A stretch of DNA of 64,000 bases from Selaginella moellendorffii. Lineage: Eukaryota; Plantae; Lycopodiophyta. A model generated the notes under the pieces. That model had not been told where the DNA came from. It saw nothing but the letters and a program-made list of their open reading frames with translations, and made no database searches. Where the stretch lies: NCBI RefSeq assembly GCF_000143415.4, contig NW_003314277.1:2199193-2263192 (forward strand), read 5' to 3'. Each line of letters begins with the position of its first letter. Position 1 is the first letter of the stretch. Of the stretch, positions 38,245 through 50,869 are shown one piece after another. Both the position numbers and the translations under genes were made by a program.

Positions 38245-39846
38245 ATGAGCAGCAGCTCCGCCGCCTCGACTAGCTCCAGGAATCTCGTCCTCGGCAGCGT
38301 CGCGGTTGCGGATTGCGATTGGTGTGGCTGCTGCTCGCCGCTGTGCGCCAGGATTATGAGTTCCGCGGCGCGGCTGAGGCGGCGCGTCCATCACAGCGAT
38401 GTGGGAGGGAAGAAATTCGAGCGCGTTCTCTCCAGTGGATCCGATGGATTGAGCGAGCCCCTTCTTGGAGTGTGTTCTTCCTTCCTTTGCTTGCTCTTAT
38501 CGATTTAACTTTTTTTTTACAGGGTGGAGACGATGAGTATTTTGAAGATTGGAAGGAGAAGAAGAGAAGGGAGGAGCATGAATGGTCGCAGATTTTCACT
38601 CGGCTCCTTGCTCAATGGAGCCAATGGCTGTGTAAGCTTTGCTCGTGCTCTTGACACTATCACTCTCTTTTTCTTTCTTTCTTTATTTCTTTCTTTCTTT
38701 CTCTGCAGCAATCGTGCTTTTAGGCTCGGGATCCTTGCTTGGTGACATGATCAATCGTGTTTTGTATCGTCGAGACGAAGGTATCGTGCATATCGATCTA
38801 ACACCTGTACAGGTAATCTTTCTTTCTTTCGCCATCACTAGCCAAACGATTCTTTCGTGATGTGCAGGAAGAACGGCTTCACAAGCTCCAGAAACGCTTG
38901 CAAGTTGCTTTTGATGGAAGCAATTCCAAACACGCGGTAAGACAAAGTCTTCTCGGAGATGGCTTTTTCTCAAACTGGGAGAATGGCTGTCTTTCAGGAA
39001 GCACTGGTAGCGCTGTGGCACGAGGCTTTCCCTGGCCGTCTCTTCGATGGTTTGATCACGGAGAAGTGGAAAGAAATGGGATGGCAAGGCACGGATCCTT
39101 CGACGGATTTCAGGTCCTTTTCTCAATCCATTCATGCTCGCCAATTTCTCCAATTCCATGCAGAGGTGGTGGATTCATTTCCCTGGAAAATCTGCTCTTT
39201 CTAGCGCAGCGCTATCCGGTATGTTACTTATCATTCCTTCCAGCAAGATTCCCTCACATTTTCTACGTTTCTAGAGATCGTTTTCGAAGCTGCTGCACAA
39301 AGAGGAGGGCCAGCGATCCGAGTGGGAGTATCCGTTTGCGGTGGCAGGCATTAACGTGTCTTTCATGCTTATCCAGATGCTCGACCTTCGATCAGGTAAC
39401 AACCGAGCTGCGCGATTCCATTATTGACTTACTCGTGCGCTCTGTGCTCTTGTTTGTTTGTATAGAAAAGCCGAGCTCTCTATCCGGACTGAAATTCGCG
39501 AAGATCTTGGCCGGTACGTTCTCCATTTCATTACAGCGACGTTGTCCTTGAAGGAATCTGGCTATATTGGTATTGCAGAAGACGAGCAAGCTTTTGACGT
39601 GCTGTACTGCGTAGCGTTTGAGATGATGGATGCACAGTGGCTGGCAATGCGTGCTTCCTACATGGAGTTTAACGTACGTTTCCTCGCTTTCTTCGTCTTT
39701 GCGATTAACGAAAGATTGTTTAAGATTGTTCTTTGTCTAATCAGGCTGTCCTAAGCGCAACCCGTTCTCAGCTCGAGCGTGAGTTGTCTCTAGATGATGT
39801 CTACCGAGTTCAGGACCTCCCCGCATACACACTCTTGTGCAGATGA
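38245..39846 (+). CDS. ELMO/CED-12 domain protein (ELMOD), multi-exon; start may be 38356
   Basis: LRRRVHHSDVGG, WKEMGWQGTDPSTDFRGGGFISLENL, WEYPFAVAGINV, QWLAMRASYMEFN, DLPAYTLL. Confidence 0.93.
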
Positions 39847-40250
39847 TTTTTAATCTCGGAAAATGGACAAACTATGACTCTAAAACTTAATATTTGAATC
39901 GGTCCATCTTGTGTATTATTATTATTATTGGTTAAGATTATTTGACTCAAAATAAATTCAATTAAATTTATTATGACGCTTGGATTTATCAGCCCTTCTG
40001 GACGCAATGTTGCGAAGCAATTATACTCGTTCAAATCCCCCCAGGGTAGTCCAAGTTCTTCTAGTACGTAAGTACGGCACTTTGAAAATCATACACGAGG
40101 GACCGCATTTCCCTCTGCCTTCCGTGCAGCAGACGGTTGTGAAGAAAATTCTCCACACAGCACAGCATAAAAGCCCAGACTTGACGAAAACTAATGCCAA
40201 AGAATCAAGGTCTAGATCACAGCAGAGAGCGATCAGGAGTTTTTAAATCC

Positions 40251-41414
40251 ATGGCGTTCAACATCTTCTTTGTTATAGCTCTCACGCTTCTCTCATCAGC
40301 CGACATACAATCTCTTGTGGAAGCTGCCGATCCCGATCCAGTGCAGGACTTTTGCATTCCCAGCAACACCTTGATCGAAGGCTCTCCCTGCAAGCCATAC
40401 TCGCAAGTCACCTCCAAAGATTTCTACTCAAGCCTCCTCCGCACCAACACCGATACTACAAACACCCTCAATCCTCTCTTCAACTTCACGCAAGCCATCA
40501 AGCCAAATGCTGACGTGGACCAATCAGGGACGAGATAGGATGGGTAAAACTTCAGATGCCGGTCCCCGAAAAGTTTAAGGATTTGTCCATATTTAGCCCA
40601 TGTCGGAGTCGGATGAAGAGTCCGAGGTCCGAGACTGGGCATGCTGCCGTGGGCCAGTGGGTTGTCGGGAGAGGCATCTGTAAAACCTCGGTGTCGTATC
40701 TCTTTCCATACGCTTGTCGTCAACCCTCAAAACCGGGAGTGAGAGAAGTCTCCTGTGTGGCATGATTAATACTGGGCCTTGCTCTTCCGGGCGGGTCACT
40801 TGGTTGTGGTTTTTGGGATGAGGCTACATGTTGCGCTGGCAGTTGGTGGCTAGCGTGCTTGCTGTACTCTCTCCCACAGCTGCACCAAGTTGGCTTCCGG
40901 GGCTGAGCGTAGGTCGCTGATCCGAATCCGTGTTGGAGACTTGCTCTCATCCCGGTGTGCAGTGGTCTGTTGTCATTGTTTGTTGTGGTATATTTCAAAT
41001 TCCACTTTCCCGGCTCTCAACACCATGGGACTATCCATGGCGCAGATCTATCTCGGGCCCAAGGGTGTTGCCAGGACTCACACTCATCCCCGGGCGAGCG
41101 AGCTTGTTTACGTCGAGAAGGGTGTTGTGGAGGCTGGCTTCGTGGACACGAACAAGCTCTTCTCCCACAAGATGTGTGCCAGCGATCTGTTCGTGATCCC
41201 GCGAGGCGTGCTTCACTACGTGGTGAATGTTGGACGAGAGCAGGCGATTCTTTTGGGGGTGCTCAAGCTCAACAGCCAGAATCCTTCCTTCCAGATACCA
41301 TCGTCTGCATTGTTCGGACCAAAGTTGCCGTATGAAGTCCTCGAAGCATCTTTCAGTCTCAACAGAACCACCATCGATGCGCTGCACAAGATCTACAAGA
41401 ATGTAATCCCTTGA
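40251..41414 (+). pseudogene. Germin-like protein interrupted by a ~500-bp insertion (~40498-40990)
   Basis: Signal peptide and DPDPVQDFC box, then after the insertion FPALNTMGLS, HTHPRASE and PRGVLHY cupin motifs; no GT donor at the break. Confidence 0.8.
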
Positions 41415-41659
41415 GATCTCTAGAGAGCTCTTAATTGATGGCAGAATATTTAAATTATTCATTTGAATAAAACAGAAGATGAGCAATGTCCCACGCATGT
41501 TCCACACCCATGGTTTCCCACACCTGCATAAATTTGATCACCACCCCAGGATTGAATCACCTACATGATCTACGTACCAGTGCTCGCGTATGGTGCAGTT
41601 CCTCAGTTCCTCAAGTATAGACTGGCCCCGCACCAAAGGTGTGGAGCGGTATTTTCTTT

Positions 41660-41745
41660 CCTTCGTTTAATCAGGCTGTACTAAGCACAACCCGCTCTCA
41701 ACTCGAGTTCAGGACCTTCCACATACATACTATTGTGCAGATAAT
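41660..41745 (+). pseudogene. Duplicated ELMOD last exon with an internal ~30-bp deletion
   Basis: Matches 39735-39850. Confidence 0.85.
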
Positions 41746-42179
41746 TTATCTTTGAAAAATTACTGGATCTCCGAGACCAGCTTGTTCTGGAAAAAAACAA
41801 AGAAACCATTACTCTCTTTGCTTGTGTCCAGAAGCTTGTCTCCCAATTCCTCCCTTCATCAAGGAACCAACATCAAGCTTAGCATGCATGCCATATGCAT
41901 CCAGCTCCCAGCGCTTCAGATTCTTCAGCTGTGAATTATTGGCTTCGACTATGTGTTGTTTAGGAAGGCTACTCGTGGTGTACCTGTGCGGAGTGATCAG
42001 GCAGAGGTGGTGCGCCTTATGAGAAGTTAAAGGCCATTAACTGCTCTTCCGAGTGCTTGTGCTTTTCTATGTTAACAGTGTACTGCACCCCGATCAAGTG
42101 CTCATATCTCTGTAGATGATCATGGCCGTAATCAGCATGTACATATATCCTGCACCTGTTGGCAGATCGTGCAGCGGAA

Positions 42180-42460
42180 TGTCAGCCGGCAAGCTTCTGC
42201 ACTGCATATCCCATGCTGGGATTGATGGTCTTCTCCCAGGTGCCAGGATCTGCGACTTCGCCTTCTACTCCATGAACAGCGTCGAGGGCGGTGCTTACGT
42301 CACTCCGGAGGATGGTTATGGTTTTAGCTACGCAAGCTTTGAGACCATGGCATATGGACCGAGGGACATTGATCTCCAGGTCCTGATGGACAGAGTCTTG
42401 CGGTGCTTCAAACCGGGTTTCTTCTCGCTGGCACTTTATGCGACTGGGACTAGCAACAGC
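42180..42460 (+). pseudogene. SAMDC: S-adenosylmethionine decarboxylase C-terminal fragment
   Basis: GIDGLLPGARICDFAF-YSMNSVEG..VTPEDG..FSYASFE..RVLRCFKPGFFS; the conserved xPCG and TIH segments are missing. Confidence 0.85.
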
Positions 42461-42553
42461 TCCGGGCCTTTCGAAACTCCTCTACATAGATCTGCTCCAC
42501 GAAAGGCGAGCAGAACTCGCATTCTGACAGTGCGTATCTGGGATCCTGACTGA

Positions 42554-43725
42554 TCATTTCCGATCGCAGGTGGAGTCCAGCCTTGCGACGATTTTTTTGA
42601 CCGTATTGCGGATGGAAGACATGGTACGTCCGTTAATGAACTGCAGGAGCACCCTGTGCCAATCCTCCTCGTCTACCAAAAGTATACAGACTTCTTTTGG
42701 CTCCAGTTCAGCTGGTGGTGCGAGTTTGAAGTTGTTCCCGTCAACCCACTCAATACTTGGTTCGCATCTGCCTAACTGCTTAATCCGAGCTATTTCCATG
42801 CAAGCCGCGTCCAGCTCATCCAGAAACTGGGGATGGAAACCAGCGTAAAAATCCATGTCCTTGGTCCGCTGCATATGACCAGTTACAATGGCTCCCAGCA
42901 CAGAGTGAAGAAGAAAAACTTCTCTTTACGAAAGACGAGGTGGGATTTAGTTGACGACCACGAGATATAGAAACACAAACCTTGTTAAAACCCCTGACAC
43001 GATAGACTACTACTTGCTCCGAGTCACTCAAGTTGGCAGTCACTTGGTGTGCTGTAGGAGACACGCCCCACACGACTTTGTAAGGCTCAACAATGGCTTT
43101 GAGCGTCAGGAAGGTGTTTTCCAGCTCTCTATCGCCCGCTCTCTCGATGCCACTGTGATGACGAGTGTCCAGAGCCTGCGCACCATCAGCAATAAAAGTG
43201 AAATCGTCCCCAGCGGCTGCCCTCTCCTTGAGAAACTTCCATCCATTTCTCTATGTTCCCAGGCACATTGAAGTCCCCGTCCTCCTCCATTTCTTCTTCC
43301 ATTTTGTGAACCGCGTCACGAACCGGCTTGTGCTCGTCTGCACCCGAGTATGCAAAGCGGAGCCCATCAAGCAGCCATTTCAGTAGCTGCAACGGTGTTC
43401 TGGCCTTCTCCATGTTCCACACGCAAACGATCACACTCTTCTGTGGGCCACCCGCATAGAACATGCTCGCAATTGCCCTCAACCGGCAGCTTTTCCCAAT
43501 GCCCTTGGGCCCGACAGTGACTAACTCTTCCTCACATTCAAGAGACAGGACATGCCATAGCAGTTTCTGTAAGTCCGGTGACCCCACAAAAAAAAAAGAC
43601 TTTCTTAACCTTTTACCAAGATTACAAGTGCCTGTGTAAGGAACGATGATCACCTTGGTTAAGATTGAGAAGATCCTTGCAATTGAGCGCCTTGATCTGC
43701 TGTCAAGATGCCTCCACTGTATCAT
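42554..43725 (-). pseudogene. Frameshifted P-loop NTPase of uncharacterised family
   Basis: Walker A GPKGIGKS; Walker B-like FTFIADG in the next frame; YAGFHP downstream. Confidence 0.55.
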
Positions 43726-43789
43726 CTCCGGCTACACGCTGCCGCTTCTTCGCAGCCTCTGCTCTCTCCATGAATGCCACCCTAACAAA

Positions 43790-44318
43790 ATAAAGTCTTC
43801 TCGATGGTTTTTTCTGAACTGGGAGAATGGCCGTCTTCCAGGAAGCACTGGTAGTGCTGTGGCAAGACGCCCTGGCCGTCTCTTTGACGGAGAACTGGAA
43901 GGAAATGGGATGGCAAGGCACGGATTTCTCAATCGATTCATGCCCAGCAATTTCTCCGATTCTGGTGGTGGATTCATTTCCCTGGAAAATCTGGTCTTTC
44001 TAGCGCAGCGCTATCTGGTATGCTACTTATCATTCCTTCCATCAAGATTTTCTTACATTTTCTACGTTTCTAGAGATCGTTTTGAAGTTGCTGCACAAAG
44101 AATCCATTTGCCGTGGACGGGATTAACGTGTCTTTCATGCTTATCCAGATGCTCGACCTTCGATCAGGTAACAACCGAGCTGCGCGATTCCATTCTTGAC
44201 TTACTCGTGCACTCTGTGCTCTTGTTTGTTTGTATAGAAAATCAGAGCTCTCCATCCAGACTGAAATTCGTGAAGACCTTGGCTTGTTGTCCTTACAAGA
44301 ATTTAGCTATATATTGAT
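43790..44318 (+). pseudogene. Duplicated ELMOD central exons and introns with small deletions
   Basis: Collinear with ~38940-39575. Confidence 0.9.
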
Positions 44319-44319
44319 A

Positions 44320-47300
44320 GTAGCACTTGCTTAGCATATGCTGTCCTGTTAACAAATACTGTTTGAATGTTATAATTATAATACAAGTTTTTCAAGTCTT
44401 TTTTATTTGTTCATTAGACTTATATCAAGAATTTCTTTCAGTGCTACAAACAATGCATGGAGCATTTAATATAAAACCTCTTTATAGACTGTGTTAATAG
44501 TGAAAGTAGGACTCAAAGGGAATAACTGTCCTTGGAGTGATATATTTTGTATTTTAATGCTTAATCCTACTGATGATGTGCATCTTGATAAAGCCACATA
44601 AAGTTAGTTATGGGTGAAAACTGGATGTGGTAGGTGTATTCTGACTCAGTCAAATGTTTGGCCTTGACATTTAGAGATTGTAAGGCAATGCCCCAAACGT
44701 ATTGGAAATTGTTTTTTGGACATTTTAAATGGAATTTCTGTGTCTGAAGGTGTGAGTGGGATGAAAACTCATGTACTTTTAAATTTGCCTAATATAAAGA
44801 ACTATTGGTAAAGTATGTTTAAGGATGAGGCATGTACCATTACATAGTCTACTTGATGGACATATGTTCCTTAATAGAATAAGGAATAACACCTTCTTTA
44901 AGTAAGAGTTTATGTGGTGGAAGTTTAGAAGGAGTAATGGAATTTAAGAATTTAATTGGAAAGTCTTTTGAGTGTTTAATGTAAGTATGACTCTATTAGA
45001 TGCAATGTAGGGGTTTGAAATATTCTGTAGAGATGGGAAAACAAAATTAACAATAGAGGACATTATTACCTATGTGTAAGGCAATATAATAGATTTTGAA
45101 GCTAAATTTGGTAAATTCACATAATTATTATCATTTCCAATTTGAAGAAGCCAATCAGCATATAAAGAGTTATTTTCAATTAGTCTTATATTTGTTTTAG
45201 TGGAAGTGTTCTAAAAAATTTCTATAACCTATTCATTTTTATTGAACTTAAAACAATTTGTGCTCGATGACCATGTGGAATAGCTGGTAATATTTGTCTA
45301 AAGTCACCACTTGTAATAATAACAATTCCTCCAAAAGGTAATTCATTTTTTTTATATCTTATAATGCTAAATTAATAACAGAAAATTCATGTGTGTGAAC
45401 CATGCTAATTTCATCCCATATTAACATATGTGCATTCTTAATTTTTAGACTTGCTTCACTATTTTAAAAGTTTATAAGTTATATGTAATGTCTAACTATT
45501 ATGTAGTAAAGTGCTTGCAATACTTATCCAGACTTACTAATTACATTTTTATTTAAAAGTTAATGTATAGAAGTTAATGTATGTATAAAAGTGTTAAGGA
45601 GAAAAGTTTTACCAGTACCACTAGAACTATCGATAAAAATATATTGATTTTGCTCAGTTAGGTTGTTAATTGTGTTGAGGATATTATAATATATAATCTT
45701 TTGTTCATCATTAAATCGAAATAAATTTTTTCTACAGAATGAATGAGCTGTATTAAATTAATATGATTATTTGTATCAAAATTTGTATAAAATAAAGGAA
45801 ATTCATAGTCTTGATTGGATTTTCCATATAGATTGAATTTGCTATTTATATCATATAAAGCACATTCATAACAAAGTAATAGATCTATTAGTACAAAATC
45901 TTCAGAGAAAGAGTTTTTGAATTTTCTCATAAGGAATAAGGATTTTTTCGACTACAAAAGACATATAAAAAACAAATAGTTATCTTAATTGTGGTGACAT
46001 TTTAAAAAAGAAACCATCTTCTAAACAATTTACTGCATAGCAAATGCAGTACTTTGAAATGTTTCAAAATAAGTATTATGAATTCTTTTTAGATCATTAA
46101 AGGAAGTAGCCCCTTTTTTGTAAAGCAGTATAAAGCATAAATAATAAAGTTCAGTATTAAATGGGGAAATAGAATACATTTGTGAGATAATATTTTGTCA
46201 ATATTTAATTTGCCAATGATGAGTGTGTTTATTAAATGTATAATGTAGAGGAATTTCAGGATATATATACTGCCTTGCATTTGGATCATGTCTATTTAAT
46301 TTAAACCATTTTGTTAACATAGTATCATTTTGAGTAGCTTTTTGAAGTTCAATTAGCTCATTATCCTCAATGAAATAAATATTTTGGAAATTTTCTAGAT
46401 TCATAGAAAAATAGATTATAGGTGTTGAAAGCCATGCATTTTAAATAGAAAATGTCTTCATATAACTTCTAGAGCAGAAACATAATAAGTATTTAAAAAG
46501 AATAAAATTTCATCTCAGTTTAAGCTATTATTATGTTATTGAGTGGTTAGATGGATTTTAATAGTGGCACAGTCATAGCCTTTGTAAATATATTGAAATA
46601 AATATTTAATAATTTTTATAATTGCATATATTTAAATATTTATATGAGCTTTATATGTTTTACAAAGGTATTTGTTATAAAGTATAACCCAATGGTTATC
46701 CATATGACAACCATTTTTAAAAATTGTACGCCCGCTGTCTAATCTATAATAATCTGGATATCCATTATCAAAAAATGTTGTTTCATTATTAAATTTTTTT
46801 GGAAAACCTTTTGAGTAAGAATTATTTTCCATGCAAGGACTATTAGGATAAAAAATTCCACATGGTTTATGCAATATATACGATGTAACTATTTTAAAGA
46901 GTTCATACTCGTTACAAAAATCTGGTAATCTAGCCATGATATATTGATTAATTGTATCATGGTCTTTAACTTTATTTTCATGGGTTAGAATTCCTAGAAA
47001 ATGACAATGTGGGAGACCTTTTTTTTGGAACTCAATTATATATATATAGGCTATACATTTTCCAAATACATGTTTTTCTGTTATGTCTTTTAAATTTTTT
47101 TTAAGTTAATATGGAAAACTCTAGAAACAAATGGTCTTCAAGACCTTCATTTGGATGTAAGTTTTCTATAATTTCTGGCTATTTAGGGTTACAAGTGAAA
47201 GTAATGAAAATATCTAGTTTCAAGTAATGAGCAACAATTGCCATTGGATTTTGATAATTTTGTTATATTGCTCTAGAGCCACCACCAAAACTTGAGGGTA

Positions 47301-48300
47301 ATATAAAAAATTTCATATTTTCATTTGAAGCATAATCCATAAGATTAGTATACATTTCTACTTGTAATTGTTTTTGGTGGGTACAATAGTAATATAGATT
47401 ATTACACTCAACTTTGACATAAACATCAACAATGTATTATTGAGTAAGCTTACCAGCATGTAAGATTTGGTCAAAATTTAATTGTAGTGGTTCTTTTTTA
47501 AATAAGCAATATGCATAATATAGAAGTGATGTAGTTCAATATCATCGTATATTCAAAATATTAGTATGCCATCCTTTATCACTAAAAGGAAATATCAAGG
47601 GATAAACTATAGAATCACAATTAACATCGTGTTGCAATCTTTCTAGAAAGATTTGCTATAGGATATATGCAAATTTCACGTCCACATGAAGGTTCTCCAT
47701 TCTTACTAACAAAAATAACAGCAACTTCATTTAGTTGTGGTATATTATAGCATCAATGATCAGTTCCTTCATTCCTTAGTAACATATAAATGCCATGTAA
47801 AGGCTGGCCTATAACTACTACTACATGAAGTTCTTTTTGTTCCATTTTATACATCATTCTATAAGCTTGTTCATATGGATTAATATGATAAAGGAGTGTA
47901 TTAAGATGTAATAATAAATCTCGCTCACAACTTGTATTAAATAGGTTTTAATGCCTTATATCTGTGGCTTCTTAAAGCAATAAGGACCATTACTCTTAAA
48001 GTGTCAATATTCAACAACCCCTTTTATTTAGAGTGGCCCATTTTCTTATTTGGACTTGCATACCACTTCATTGTGCATGCCACCTCATGACTATAAATTT
48101 CAAAGATTGTTTAGTATATTATTTTTCAATTATTTTTAAGTATATAAAATTACACAATAAAATATACTATTTATTGTACTATAACAGTATTATCCTGATT
48201 GTATAAATTAATATGACTACATATAATATTAAATGCAGTTTCCTTCCTTTCAATATATATTTTTCGCCAAATATGTTTTTGAATGTAAGAGCTGTATAAT
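44320..48300 (-). mobile_element. Decayed autonomous Helitron (Rep + Pif1 helicase); 5' end not determined
   Basis: Rep motifs IFITFTCNP and YIIEFQKKGLPHCH; helicase motifs GTGKTF, IWDEISM, GDFRQIL, QGQT, LYVALSR; decayed 3' hairpin at 44323-44341. Confidence 0.9.
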
Positions 48301-49449
48301 CTTTTTGTTGTACCATAGTGAGGAAAGGATCATTTCACTACATTCCATATCGATTCAATATGATTTGTATAAACTCCAATCACGGGATTAACAAAATTTT
48401 GGGAGTGGTTGACCGTATAATGAGTGAAGACTCTAAATCATAACAGCCCAATAATCACTATATATAATTACTCCTAAACTATTAATTATAATTATTAGTT
48501 AATAATAATAATAGAAATAGAATTTAACTGATTCAGCATTTATATATAAGATATCAGTTAAAGTTTGTGCAGTATGATCGACCAATAGAACCATAAACAT
48601 TCAATCTGAATCCTCCAAAGATGCATTAATGTATTACTCTTCTACCACAACTATATTTCTACTTACCAAACTTACTTTCATCAATTTCGAAAAAAAAAAT
48701 TTGAACCACCAATCTTTTGACTACCTCATTGTAATGTGATAACACAAATATCATGACAAAAGTTGTACCAATTTGTTGTCATGTGCTCACTTTTAATACT
48801 ACTAAATACAAGCTTGATCTTGTGGCATTTTAACCAACAATACATCACTCTAAACATTTGAGCAAATGTGAGAGTGCTATTTGCAAATTAAATATTAATT
48901 CAAAGAGATAGTGTGATATTACAATTTTTACAATTCCACTTCAAATCATCTGTACAAACTTAATTATTATCAGATCGATATCTCATTGGTCGATGGCATT
49001 TTTCACATTCTCTCTCTTCTAGAAGAAGACTCAATAAAATCAGAAAAATAAAGAATACTGATCTATATATTCCAATCTAACCATAATACTAAATAGAATG
49101 AATAAAATTAGAAAGAAAATATAAGGAGGAGCACAAACATAAAACATAATGAGGAAAAACCTAAACCAAAAGTAGGTTATATACTTTTAAATTATAGCCA
49201 TTCATTCACTGGCTAATTATGAAATTATAGTCGTTAATATACCCATTAACAACACCTACTAATTAAAGTTTAACATTACTACTTTAGAGTTAGTCATTAA
49301 GCATTTTAGGGTGTGGCACTGGGCATGACTAAGTGTGCCATAGAGGGAGCGAGGAGTGAGTGTGGCAAAGGGGTAGCCACATAAGAGAGGGGGGTGTTGG
49401 ATTATGCATTCTTCCCAAATCACAAGATAAAAAAAACTCAAAACAAAAA

Positions 49450-50300
49450 GAAGTTTGCAATATACTTTATCAAGCAGCATACCCATCTCCACAAATCTTG
49501 CAATGACTAAATGGTCATATATAGACCAGCCTTCAGCTTTTAGAAGATAGAAAACAATTGATTGACTAAAACATAACAATGCATTTAACCTTTACACAAG
49601 ACTTTACCTCATAATTTCAATTTGCTAATAATGCATTAGAAATAGTTAAAATGTCCTTCATTCAAACCAACCATTTTTGGAGCATTGTTATGTGTAACCA
49701 AAAAAAATTCTATTATAACATAGATGCTTCATTGCTTGTCCTTCAACAAGAAAATGAAAACCTTTTTTAACCTTCTCCATTTTTAGGAATTAAGTATGTG
49801 ACAATGAAACAAAACAAAAAAGACCTCTAATATATCAGCTTGCTCATCAAATTTTTCTTCAATTTCTTGCTCAAAGTCCAACTTTCAACTAACTTCTTTT
49901 GTATTCGCTGGGCTTCTACTTCCTCAACACAAGATCTTCTATGAATCTACAAGTAGGTGACTACTTATTTCATAGTCAATTCAATTACATCCTTTCTATT
50001 CCAACTGATTTTCTCATTTTCCTCCCCTGACTCCTCATTGTCTTCATATGTAGAATGTTGGTTCTTTGCCTCAAGAACTTCCCTTACCTCTCAATTACAG
50101 TCATATAAAGATATCAGTGAGAAGAAATAAGGAAAAGCCTTTGCAACAAGCAATATGCTCTGCAGCCATCAATATCCTCTTTTGGAAGATCTTCATCACT
50201 TTCCTTTTGCATAGAGATAAAAATTCCATGAACTTTGCTTTCATTTTCCTCTAGTTTCAAGATTGGATTCCTTCTGAGTTTACCCATAGTGGATATTCCT
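49450..50300 (-). pseudogene. SAS10/Utp3-like gene fragment, AT-decayed copy
   Basis: QSIVFYLLKAEGWSIYDHLVIARFVEM; collinear with 54800-55610. Confidence 0.7.
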
Positions 50301-50869
50301 AGCATATGCTAGCATATTTAACTTAGAGCTTGTGTGGATAGAGCATACTCATTTGAGCCAAAAATAGGTCAATAGAGTAAGAAATACAAAGAAAAAACCA
50401 AGTTTAAACCAAGTTTCCTTAGCAATGAACAAAAAAAACCAAAAAAAAAGTCTTATCTATTGCTATCATGGTTAGCTTCTTACCAAGTTCATGAAACTAT
50501 ATAAACAAGAATATAAAGAGCCAAAGAGAAGAATTTACAAGTTTATTGAGCATTATGATGGTGGTAAGGAGGCCAAGCTTAATACCAATCACTAGATTGT
50601 CATCATCCTCTGACAATATTTTAGACTCATGCAAATTCAAACTACTTCTAACTATGTAGCATATGTGATTTTCACCCTTTACCCTATAGCGATTTATCAT
50701 ATGATAACCACAAAACAGACCTACCCTTGAACATGTATGCTAAGAGCAATGGAGTAGGACTTAAGTTTCAAGACTTTAGGCCACTGAATAAGGAACAAAA
50801 CTAAACTTCTAAACATATAACCAAAGAGTGAAGGAACTAAAGTATGTAATAACCAAAGAGTAAAGAAAT

